Assembly: GCA_031405715.1 (NCBI GenBank)
Contig: JANNJF010000105.1
Location: 1 to 30,913, forward strand
Direction of reading: 5' to 3'
DNA length: 30,913 bases
From: Gammaproteobacteria bacterium
Lineage (GTDB): Bacteria; Pseudomonadota; Gammaproteobacteria; Acidiferrobacterales; UBA6901
This document shows, piece after piece, positions 8,916 to 16,947 of this stretch (position 1 is the stretch's first letter; each line of letters starts with the position of its first letter). The notes beneath the pieces were generated by a model. The model saw only the letters and a list, made by a program, of their open reading frames with translations, made no database searches and was not told where the DNA came from. Made by a program: the position numbers and the translations under genes.

Positions 8916-9632
8916 TCAAACAGCCGCGGAATCACGCCATGTCTTGCGCCGCGCGATGCCGATCAGACCCAACAGCCCCGAACCGAACAGCCACACCGCC
9001 GCAGGGACAGGCACTACATAGTTCAGATTATCGAACATGCCATACACAGGATGTCCCGAGCTGCTAAACGATGAAAATGCCACGAATTTGATATCCGCCG
9101 TGGGCCGGTTGAAAATCAAGGTTTCCCAGGTTTCACCGTACACGGACGCCGTATAATCCGCTTCCCCCAGAAAAGTCCCTGATGCATTAAACGCCTGCAG
9201 GAAAGGTTTATTGGTGGTCCCACCCACGTACTCGGGCGGCAGAACTGCCTTGGCATCAATACTGACGGAGGCAACGGGTGCGGCGAAGCTCGCCTTAAAA
9301 TATCCAAAACGTTCATCCACTAGAGTGCCGCCAGTCGCACCGAGTCCAATCACGTTCGGCGCGGAATTAGCCAGGACAGACGTGACGGCGTACGCGTTCC
9401 CGGTGCACAGGTTCGTGACTGTTCCGTTGAAACATCCCAATGTCACGCCTACACCGGTATATTGGGTATTGATGTTGGTCCCGCTGGCCACATCATCAAA
9501 GTTGATGAGAACAGCATGGGCGGCGGGGGTAAACATAATGACGCTCAGCATGGCAATGCCTTGGCCAGTGGCAAATATTTTTCTTTTGCCTGCGGCAATG
9601 ATGCCTTGAGACAGATTGTGGGATCTTTTCAC
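8916..9632 (-). CDS. VPLPA-CTERM sorting domain-containing secreted protein 2
   Basis: Start reassigned to GTG at 9632, which has AAGGAG 6 nt upstream. Signal peptide ends AHA; mature sequence begins VLINFDD; C-terminus VPVPAAVWLFGSGLLGLIGIARRK. Confidence 0.88.
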   Translation of the reverse strand: MKRSHNLSQGIIAAGKRKIFATGQGIAMLSVIMFTPAAHAVLINFDDVASGTNINTQYTGVGVTLGCFNGTVTNLCTGNAYAVTSVLANSAPNVIGLGATGGTLVDERFGYFKASFAAPVASVSIDAKAVLPPEYVGGTTNKPFLQAFNASGTFLGEADYTASVYGETWETLIFNRPTADIKFVAFSSFSSSGHPVYGMFDNLNYVVPVPAAVWLFGSGLLGLIGIARRKTWRDSAAV

Positions 9633-9667
9633 GATACGCTCCTTAGTATGTTGGTCTTTGGAAAGGT

Positions 9668-10303
9668 TTACTTTGTTGCTCCGCCTCGACGCCGCGCGAT
9701 ACCGATCAGCCCGAGCAACCCCGAACCGAACAGCCACGCGGCGGCAGGCAATGGCACCGCACGCACCAGAAACACTTCCTCGCCCGTGGCGTTGACGGGG
9801 GCGAACCCCGAGAGGCGGAAATCCACTTCCGGCGGCGAGACGTTGAAGCGCTCGCCGATGGTGAACGCCAGGTGTTGGATATTGTCGGTATACAGATCGG
9901 AAACCAGGCCGCGCGCGTATACGTGCGTCGTCGAGGTGTTGACACAGGTAAACAACGGGCAGAACCAGTCACGCAACTGCGCGGCCATGCTCAGCTGCGC
10001 AATATCGGTCGCGCCCTGCGTGAGGGACAGCGACCCGCCGAGCGACAGCATCTGGGCACTGGAGGCGATCGTCCACCCCGCGAAGTCGCCACCCGCGCCG
10101 AGTTCGGTTTCAATGCCGGCGTAACCGTAGCCCATGGTCTTGTCGAGCCGCAGGTAATCCAGATTGGCGTCCGAGTCGCGCAATATGCCGCTTGTACCGA
10201 ACAGGGCATCGTTGGCCACCACGACGGCGGCCGAGGCGCCGGTGTTCGCGAACGCCATTAACACCGACACGGCCAGTACCTTCCCGATGATTCTTGATGT
10301 CAT
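9668..10303 (-). CDS. VPLPA-CTERM sorting domain-containing secreted protein 3
   Basis: RBS AAGGAGG; signal peptide ending GASA; C-terminus VPLPAAAWLFGSGLLGLIGIARRR. Confidence 0.9.
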   Translation of the reverse strand: MTSRIIGKVLAVSVLMAFANTGASAAVVVANDALFGTSGILRDSDANLDYLRLDKTMGYGYAGIETELGAGGDFAGWTIASSAQMLSLGGSLSLTQGATDIAQLSMAAQLRDWFCPLFTCVNTSTTHVYARGLVSDLYTDNIQHLAFTIGERFNVSPPEVDFRLSGFAPVNATGEEVFLVRAVPLPAAAWLFGSGLLGLIGIARRRGGATK

Positions 10304-10632
10304 GATATTTCCTCCTTGGTCGTTGAGAATAATGCGAATCCGCTTGCTGATCGCAGCACGCGGCTGTTCGCCCTCAGGCCGCGGAACGCGGCATGTCCCG
10401 CGTTCCGCTTGAAACCCGCCTGAGAGACAAAAGTGTCCGTGCCGGCCAGGGGGATGCCGGCGAGCACGCCGCCGTCCGCGCCCAAGGCATCACTCAAACC
10501 GGCATATGGATTGCCCGCGGCATCGGCGTTAAAGTTGATGCAAGCGGCAGGAGCGGCGCCCGGGGAGTACGTCAGGGCGGTATAGACAGTTAACAGAGTG
10601 TATCGGAGAGGTTTCGGTTCGTTCCTGAACAT
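10300..10632 (-). pseudogene. Putative truncated paralog of the VPLPA-CTERM genes (110 codons, no sorting tail)
   Basis: RBS GGGAG 5 nt before ATG 10632. Signal-peptide-like start followed by ACINFNADAAG, resembling VLINFDDVASG of protein 2. Its TGA overlaps the next ATG (ATGA). It lacks the CTERM motif and reads through a hairpin. Confidence 0.4.
10381..10408. other. Perfect 11-bp-stem hairpin (GCGGAACGCGG-catgtc-CCGCGTTCCGC)
   Basis: Direct inverted repeat. There is no convincing U-tract on the minus strand, so I do not call it a terminator. Confidence 0.7.
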
Positions 10633-10662
10633 AGTAGCTCCCTGCATAACGAATATGACGAA

Positions 10663-10678
10663 AGGAAATTCAATGCCA
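10663..10678 (-). promoter_or_regulatory. Candidate sigma54 (-24/-12) promoter for the VPLPA-CTERM cluster
   Basis: The minus strand reads TGGCATTGAATTTCCT versus consensus TGGCAYRNNNNTTGCW. Spacing is correct, but the conserved G of the -12 GC is a C. It lies 30 nt upstream of ATG 10632. Confidence 0.45.
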
Positions 10679-10973
10679 CGTTTCGTTCTTGTGCGTCATT
10701 CAAGCACAGCTGCGGGGAACAAACGCTGACGCGGATCAGTCGCGTCGCGAGAAAGACAGTGGCGTGGCTCGGGTGCGGTAGGTCAATCTGGCCTTCAATT
10801 TGCTTGTCAGGCCGCTCTCAATTGCGTTAGGTTGATCGTTCGTCGTGCCGGATAGAGTGATGAAGTTGCGACAGTGATGCGGTGCTCAGGACCAGCAAGG
10901 GCCTCGGCGCACAAGGGAAATGAAGCCCCACGCCGGCCCCAGGCGAAAACGGGTTTCCCGCCGGTTTTTGGGG

Positions 10974-10979
10974 TAAAAT
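10974..10979 (+). promoter_or_regulatory. Candidate sigma70 -10 element (TAAAAT) upstream of dat
   Basis: GG-TAAAAT lies about 55 nt before the dat ATG; no good -35 box is visible. Confidence 0.3.
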
Positions 10980-11032
10980 GCATTCCACCTAAACCGTGAC
11001 ATCGTCGGCCTAACCCTGACCCGCATCCCCCT

Positions 11033-11911
11033 ATGAATATCCCCAAACGCGTTTATCTCAACGGCCGGTTCCTGCCCGCCGAATCCGCCAGCATCCCGGT
11101 GTTTGACCGCGGATTCATCTTCGGCGACGGGGTGTACGAAGTGATCCCGGTATACGGCCAGCGGCTGTTCCGTCTGCCGCACCACCTGCAGCGTCTGGAC
11201 ATGAGCCTTGCGGCCATCGGCCTCAAGCAACCCATGAGCCACCGTCAGTGGGCCGAGGTTCTCGAGCAGGTGGCGCGGGAAAACGACGCCGGCGATAACG
11301 GCGACCAGTCGGTCTACCTGCAGGTGACCCGCGGCGTGGCGGCACGCGATCACGCCTATCCCAAGGACACTACCCCCACGGTCTTCGCCTATGCCCAGGC
11401 GCTCACCTATCCGGACCCGGCGCAACTGCGCGCCGGCGTCACGGCCGTCACGACACCCGACCTGCGCTGGTCGCGCTGTGACATCAAGGCCATCGCGCTG
11501 CTGCCGAATGTCATGATGCGCCAATACGCCGTCGAGCGCGGGGCCGCCGAGGCCATCCTGATACGCGACGGCCACATGACGGAGGGTGCCGCCAGCAATA
11601 TCTTTGTGGTCGAGGCCGGACGTCTGCTTACACCACCCAAGGGGCTGTACATCCTGCCCGGCATCACGCGTGATCTGGTGGTGGAGTTGGCGCTGGCCCA
11701 CGGTATTGAGTGCGCGGAAGAAGACATCAGCGAACAGCGCCTGCTGGCGGCGGAGGAAGTGTGGATGACCAGCTCGACCAAAGAGATCATGCCCATCGTG
11801 CGCATCAACGACCAACCGGTGGGCGGCGGCCGACCCGGCCCGCTGCATGTGCGCATGCACGCCTTGTATCAGGACTACAAACAGGCGTTCCGCGCCGGCC
11901 TTGTGGACTGA
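11033..11911 (+). CDS. dat: D-amino-acid aminotransferase (class IV PLP enzyme)
   Basis: DRGFIFGDGVYEV, RWSRCDIK (PLP lysine), EGAASNIF and ILPGITR; typical dacA-dat-ybeD-lipB-lipA context. Confidence 0.9.
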   Translation: MNIPKRVYLNGRFLPAESASIPVFDRGFIFGDGVYEVIPVYGQRLFRLPHHLQRLDMSLAAIGLKQPMSHRQWAEVLEQVARENDAGDNGDQSVYLQVTRGVAARDHAYPKDTTPTVFAYAQALTYPDPAQLRAGVTAVTTPDLRWSRCDIKAIALLPNVMMRQYAVERGAAEAILIRDGHMTEGAASNIFVVEAGRLLTPPKGLYILPGITRDLVVELALAHGIECAEEDISEQRLLAAEEVWMTSSTKEIMPIVRINDQPVGGGRPGPLHVRMHALYQDYKQAFRAGLVD

Positions 11912-11915
11912 CACC

Positions 11916-12200
11916 ATGTCCCTGCCCCACCAGCCCGGGCCGGACGTACCGCAACTGTCCTTCCCCTGCGCCTTCGACGTCAAGGCCATGGGCAGACACA
12001 GCCCGGATTTTGCGGCCAGGATGCGTGAGCTGGTGGGCCGCCACGTGCCCCCGCCTGAGCTGCACGCAGTCAGCACACGCATGAGCCGCCAAAACCAATA
12101 TGTCTCCGTCACCCTGAGCATCACCGCCTCGAGCTACGATCAGCTCAACGCCATCTATCGGGATCTCGCGGCGTGCACGGATGTACTGTTTGCGCTCTGA
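11916..12200 (+). CDS. ybeD: YbeD family (DUF493) protein
   Basis: 94 aa from ATG 11916: LSFPCAFDVKAMG, SRQNQYVSVTL, QLNAIYRDL; immediately upstream of lipB. Confidence 0.9.
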   Translation: MSLPHQPGPDVPQLSFPCAFDVKAMGRHSPDFAARMRELVGRHVPPPELHAVSTRMSRQNQYVSVTLSITASSYDQLNAIYRDLAACTDVLFAL

Positions 12201-12204
12201 CGCC

Positions 12205-12861
12205 ATGCCACTGCCCGCCACCACCGACGGCGTCATCCTCCACGACTTAGGGCTGGCGGACTATGCCGAGACGGTACAGGCCATGCGCGACTTCACCGAC
12301 CGGCGTGATCACAACACCTTCGACGAAATCTGGCTGCTGCAGCACCCGCCGGTCTATACCCTCGGCCTGAACGCGAAACACGGCGACTTTGATAACCCCG
12401 CGGGCATACCCGTGATTCGCACCGACCGTGGCGGCGATATCACCTACCACGGCCCCGGCCAGCGGGTGGCCTACATCCTGATGGATCTGCGCCGGCGTGC
12501 CTGGGGGGTGAAGACCCTGGTCACGGCCCTGGAACAAACGGTGATCGATGTGCTGGATCACTATGGCCTTAAGGCCACGCGCCAACCCGGCGCCCCGGGG
12601 GTGTATGTGGACGGGCGCAAGATTGCCCAGCTCGGCCTGCGCGTGCGGCGCGGCGCCAGCTACCACGGCCTGTCCTTGAACGTGGCCATGGACCTCAGCC
12701 CCTTCGAGCGCATCCACCCCTGCGGTTACCAGGGCCTTGAGACCATCGACCTCGCGGGTCTGTTGCCGGACGCCAAAATCGCGCAGAATAGCGCTCAGGT
12801 GGATACCATCCTGGTGGACCACCTGCTGCTCAACCTGGGATACCATGCACAAACCGACTAA
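12205..12861 (+). CDS. lipB: Octanoyltransferase LipB
   Basis: [42 protein letters not shown] and HPCG; start taken at ATG 12205. Confidence 0.96.
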   Translation: MPLPATTDGVILHDLGLADYAETVQAMRDFTDRRDHNTFDEIWLLQHPPVYTLGLNAKHGDFDNPAGIPVIRTDRGGDITYHGPGQRVAYILMDLRRRAWGVKTLVTALEQTVIDVLDHYGLKATRQPGAPGVYVDGRKIAQLGLRVRRGASYHGLSLNVAMDLSPFERIHPCGYQGLETIDLAGLLPDAKIAQNSAQVDTILVDHLLLNLGYHAQTD

Positions 12862-13852
12862 CCCGAACACACCAATCATGGGTCCCGACGATACCAAACA
12901 CGACGAGCTGGACGCCCCGGTTGCCCCGCCCAATCCTTTAAAGGGCGCGTCGAAAACCGCGCGCATACCGATAAAAATCGTACCGCGTGCCGAACGCCTG
13001 CCGAAACCGGCATGGCTGCGCGCGCGTTCGCCCAATACCCCGGAGGTGGCGCGGCTCAAACAGATCCTGCGGGACAACCATCTGCACACCGTATGCGAGG
13101 AGGCCGCCTGCCCCAACATCGGTGAATGTTTCGGCAATGGCACGGCCACCTTCATGATCATGGGCGCCATCTGCACCCGGCGCTGCCCGTTCTGCGACGT
13201 GGCCCACGGCCGGCCGAATCCGCTGGATGCGGACGAGCCGCACAATCTGGCGCGCACCATCCAGGCCATGGGTCTGCGTTTCGTCGTGGTCACCTCCGTG
13301 GACCGGGACGACTTGCGCGACGGCGGCGGCGGCCACTTCGCCGCCTGCATCCGCGCCATCCGCGAGCTCAATCCCTCCACCTCCATCGAGATCCTGGTGC
13401 CAGACTTCCGCGGGCGCATGGACACGGCCCTGGACGTCATGCACGCGACGCCACCGGATGTGTTCAACCACAACCTGGAAACCGTGCCGCGCCTGTATCG
13501 TGCCGCGCGCCCGGGGGCGGACTACGCCCATTCCCTCGCGCTGCTGCAGCAATTCAAGCAACGCCACCCGGATGTGCCCACCAAGTCCGGCCTCATGGTG
13601 GGACTGGGGGAGACCAATGAAGAGATCGAAGGCGTGATGCGCGACCTGCGCGCGCACGGCTGCGACCTGCTCACCATCGGCCAATACCTGCAGCCAAGCC
13701 GCGATCACCATCTGCAGGTAGAGCGCTATGTCACACCTGAGGAATTTGAACATTTTGCGCAGTACGGAAAATCACTGGGGTTTCGCAACGTGGCGAGCGG
13801 ACCCCTGGTGCGCTCGTCCTATCACGCCGAACAACAATCACACGGGCTCTAA
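12845..13852 (+). CDS. lipA: Lipoyl synthase LipA
   Basis: [12 protein letters not shown] (auxiliary cluster), CTRRCPFC (radical SAM motif) and C-terminal RSSYHA. Start is ATG 12845 (GGGA upstream) or 12878. Confidence 0.97.
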   Translation: MHKPTNPNTPIMGPDDTKHDELDAPVAPPNPLKGASKTARIPIKIVPRAERLPKPAWLRARSPNTPEVARLKQILRDNHLHTVCEEAACPNIGECFGNGTATFMIMGAICTRRCPFCDVAHGRPNPLDADEPHNLARTIQAMGLRFVVVTSVDRDDLRDGGGGHFAACIRAIRELNPSTSIEILVPDFRGRMDTALDVMHATPPDVFNHNLETVPRLYRAARPGADYAHSLALLQQFKQRHPDVPTKSGLMVGLGETNEEIEGVMRDLRAHGCDLLTIGQYLQPSRDHHLQVERYVTPEEFEHFAQYGKSLGFRNVASGPLVRSSYHAEQQSHGL

Positions 13853-13858
13853 AAAAAT

Positions 13859-14794
13859 ATGGAATCCACTTCCTTGCTGCCCACACTGCTTGGCACCCTG
13901 CTGACCCCGCCGGGCATTATTATCATCATCACCCTGCTGGGTTTCTTTCTGCAGTTAAAACGCTCCTGGGCCGGCGCCGTCGTGCTCACCTTAAGCATCG
14001 CCCTGCTGATCGGATTCAGCCTGCCCATTACCGGCCATCAGCTGCTCGCCGCGCTGGAGACCTACGCACGTGCGGCGGAAACCGAGCCCGGCAAGGAAAG
14101 CAAATCCGCGGCGCAGGCGATTATCGTGCTGGGGGCGGGACGCATCGCGGACGCCCCCGAGTATCAAGGCGATACGGTCAATGCCCTGACCCTGGAAAGA
14201 CTGCGTTACGCCGCGCTACTGCAGCGCAAAACCGGCCTGCCCATCATCGTCAGCGGCGGCTCCCCCTTTCAGGAGCGCATCTCCGAGGCCGAACTCATGA
14301 AGCGCGTGCTGGTCGAGGATTTCCATGCCGAGGTAAAGCTGCTGGAGGACAAATCACGCAACACCCTGGAAAACGCGCGCTACTGCCGCGACCTCCTGCA
14401 GGAAGCCGGCATACACCAGGCCTACCTGGTCACCCAGGCCTGGCATATGCGACGCGCCCTCTGGGCCTTCCAGTCCTACGGAGTTGATGTGATCCCGGCA
14501 GCCACCGGCTTCAGCACCCTGAACCGCGAAGACAGCAGCATCCTTGGTTACCTGCCCTCGGCCCTGGGCATGCGCATGAGTGGCCTCGCCATGCGCGAAC
14601 GCGTCGGCTATTTCTGGTACACCTTCATTCACACGCAGCAAGCCATGCCACCGCTGCCTGTGACAACACCGCAGGCCACACCCACACCCGAGCCCACTCC
14701 CACGCCTGCGCCTACCCGGGGCAAATCCCGGAAATCTCCGGCGGCGGCACCGCCCGATGCCAACCGGACACCTCAACCTAAAAATGACGGTTAG
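13859..14794 (+). CDS. YdcF/ElyC (DUF218) family membrane protein with a Pro/Thr-rich C-terminal tail
   Basis: Two N-terminal TMs; IIVLGAG, IIVSGG, SEAELM, EDKSRNTLENA and LVTQAWHMRRA motifs. Confidence 0.9.
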   Translation: MESTSLLPTLLGTLLTPPGIIIIITLLGFFLQLKRSWAGAVVLTLSIALLIGFSLPITGHQLLAALETYARAAETEPGKESKSAAQAIIVLGAGRIADAPEYQGDTVNALTLERLRYAALLQRKTGLPIIVSGGSPFQERISEAELMKRVLVEDFHAEVKLLEDKSRNTLENARYCRDLLQEAGIHQAYLVTQAWHMRRALWAFQSYGVDVIPAATGFSTLNREDSSILGYLPSALGMRMSGLAMRERVGYFWYTFIHTQQAMPPLPVTTPQATPTPEPTPTPAPTRGKSRKSPAAAPPDANRTPQPKNDG

Positions 14795-14910
14795 CCGCAG
14801 ATAAACGCGGAAAGATCAGTACGGGGCCCGTATCGGCCCGGTCATGCTATCTATAAGGTGAATAGGTTTAGTGGATTAAAACAATGCGTTTCGTCGGCGT
14901 TAATCCGCGG
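14795..14910. repeat. Imperfect 17-bp inverted repeat pair bounding the convergent intergenic region
   Basis: CCGCAGATAAACGCGGA (14795-14811) versus the reverse complement of 14894-14910, CCGCGGATTAACGCCGA: 14/17 identical. Confidence 0.5.
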
Positions 14911-14939
14911 GCATTGGAGGTTAACTGTTTTTTTCAGGA

Positions 14940-16034
14940 TCAACGGTGCGCGGCGCGCACCAGGTCCGGAGAAGGCTGGGTAGGCGGGGCATCTTCGGAA
15001 AAGGCCTGCTGAATATCCATGACGCCATCGATGCGCTTGAGCAGGGCATGGACACAGGCCGGATCAAAATGCTGTCCGCTCTCACGCCGCAACAGAGCAA
15101 AGGCATCGCCGAATTCCCAGGCCGGTTTGTAATGGCGCTTGTTGACCAGGGCGTCGAACACGTCCGCCACCGCCACTATGCGTCCCTCCAAGGGGATACT
15201 CTCACCCTTGATACGTTGCGGATATCCCTCGCCATTGAATTTCTCATGATGCGCATGGGCGATTTCAGCGCCCATCTTAAGAATCGGTGAGTCACTGTCC
15301 TTGAGCACATCGTAACCGATGCTGGCATGGGACTTCATCACTTCCCATTCATTGGCATCCAGCTTGCCGGGTTTGAGCAGGATCTTGTCGGGGATGCCGA
15401 CCTTGCCGATATCATGCATCGGCGCCGCCAGCAGTATGCGGTCGCAGAATTCCGCATCGGAACCGAGCTCGCGCGCTATCAACTGGGAGATGGCCGCCAT
15501 GCGATGCATATGGCTGCCGGTTTCTTCGTCGCGTACCTGACTCAGATGACACAGGCGCTGAATGATGGTTTCCTGTTCGCGCACCAGAATTTCGCGCGGC
15601 AGCGAGGCCATGTCACTGGCCAGCCAGGAGACATCCTGGCGGCGCGCCTGCAGGCTCGAGCGCAGCGCCAGGAGATTGCGGCAGCGAATCACCACCTCTT
15701 CCGGGTTGATCGGTTTGTTGAGGAATTCCGTGACACCGCTGGCCAGGGCGCTGCGGCGGACTTCGCCCGCGGTCATGCCGGTAATCATCACCACCGGGAT
15801 GCCTTGGAAATTCGGCTGCCGGCGCGCGCGGAGCGTGAATTCGATACCGCTCATTTGCGGCATTTTAAAATCCACCAGGCAGAGATCGGGTTCGTGCAGG
15901 GCACACCAGGCGAGCGCCTCCCGCGGGCCGGTGAACCCCACACTCTCGACCCCGGGCAGGTGGCGTCGCAGGGTCTCCTGCATCAGCGTGACGTTTACTT
16001 CTTCGTCATCGAGTATCAGTATGGTTTGTGGCAT
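14940..16034 (-). CDS. Response regulator with HD-GYP c-di-GMP phosphodiesterase domain (RpfG-like)
   Basis: REC domain: ILILDDEE, LVDFKMPQMSG (phospho-Asp), FLNKP. HD-GYP domain: ETGSH, MHDIGK, HHEKFNGEGYP, AVADVFDAL. Confidence 0.93.
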   Translation of the reverse strand: MPQTILILDDEEVNVTLMQETLRRHLPGVESVGFTGPREALAWCALHEPDLCLVDFKMPQMSGIEFTLRARRQPNFQGIPVVMITGMTAGEVRRSALASGVTEFLNKPINPEEVVIRCRNLLALRSSLQARRQDVSWLASDMASLPREILVREQETIIQRLCHLSQVRDEETGSHMHRMAAISQLIARELGSDAEFCDRILLAAPMHDIGKVGIPDKILLKPGKLDANEWEVMKSHASIGYDVLKDSDSPILKMGAEIAHAHHEKFNGEGYPQRIKGESIPLEGRIVAVADVFDALVNKRHYKPAWEFGDAFALLRRESGQHFDPACVHALLKRIDGVMDIQQAFSEDAPPTQPSPDLVRAAHR

Positions 16035-16367
16035 TTTTCTTGGTTGCCCCTCGTGGTCACTGATATGTTTACAAGATCCATGCCAAACTCAACGGGGGAT
16101 CAATTCCGATCGCACACTGACCTCTGCACCCCAGCAATACCTAATATCTCATTGTTTTATATAGAGTTTCACTTTTCCGTGGCACGCCATTCAGCCCACA
16201 GGGTTGGCAGGAAGGCCCAGGGGACACACCCTCCCCGCCCCTGGCCGGCTGCCGTATTTTGCGCAGCACGGCACATGCCTGCACCCGCATACCCTCTACG
16301 GGCGCAGAGGGTTGCCCAAAAAGACCCAGTAATGCGCCACCTACGCCTGAAAAGACCTTACGTTAAC

Positions 16368-16383
16368 TGGCATGGGCATTGCA
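16368..16383 (+). promoter_or_regulatory. Sigma54 (-24/-12) promoter
   Basis: TGGCATGGGCATTGCA fully matches TGGCAYRNNNNTTGCW and lies 40 nt upstream of ATG 16423. Confidence 0.7.
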
Positions 16384-16422
16384 TGCCTCAGCAGGACTAA
16401 TTGTCCACAGGAACCCAGGACC

Positions 16423-16929
16423 ATGCACGCCAGCACCAAACGGAATCCCTCCCTCAGTCAAGATATCCCGCACCATGGGACACTTAACCTAACGGACACC
16501 ACAGCATGCGATGCGTTGACGACAGTGGCCCAGGCACTGGACACGCTGCGCAACGGGCAGGTGTTGCTGGTCACCGGCGATGTCCCCGGTATCGAAGGTG
16601 ATCTATTTTCCTGGGCCAACCACAACAATAACCAGATCCTCGCCGTCAATCGGACACTGAAGGCGGGCCTTGGCTTTTACCTCCTCAAGGGCGACCCGTG
16701 GCCCGTGGATGTCACCCTGGATACCCAGACGGCACCGTGCCCGACACCGGTGGTAATGAGCGCGCGCACGCTGGCAAGCATGCGCTCGGGCCAATACCTG
16801 CGCCTTTCCACCGCCTGCCATGCAGCGGTGAGTGAGGTGGATGTGTGGCTGCGATGCACCCGCCACCGGCTGCTGGGCATTACGGAAGATGCGCGTGGTG
16901 TCTACCGGTTTTATATGCGCAAGACGTGA
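16423..16929 (+). CDS. Tandem TusA/SirA-like domain protein (putative sulfur carrier)
   Basis: ATG 16423 with AGGA upstream. Two ~75-aa repeats: LNLTDTTACDAL...LRNGQVLLV...W and LDTQTAPCPTP...MRSGQYLRL...W...YRFYMRK; CPxP motif in the second repeat. Confidence 0.75.
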   Translation: MHASTKRNPSLSQDIPHHGTLNLTDTTACDALTTVAQALDTLRNGQVLLVTGDVPGIEGDLFSWANHNNNQILAVNRTLKAGLGFYLLKGDPWPVDVTLDTQTAPCPTPVVMSARTLASMRSGQYLRLSTACHAAVSEVDVWLRCTRHRLLGITEDARGVYRFYMRKT

Positions 16930-16947
16930 TCGGCGCGTCACCCCAAC

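Noticed and set aside
9633-9737. N-terminal 35 codons of ORF 8916-9737 overlapping VPLPA gene 3
   Set aside because: A clear AAGGAG RBS with GTG at 9632 removes the overlap and gives a plausible signal peptide.
14913-14922. ATTGGAGGTT, identical to the right end of repeat copy 3
   Set aside because: The match is only 10 bp with no other element parts nearby, which is compatible with chance.
16180-16283. Additional sigma54-like sites (TGGCACG at 16180; CGGCAC...TGCA at 16269)
   Set aside because: The first lacks a -12 GC at the correct position, and the second is one base too short between GG and GC.
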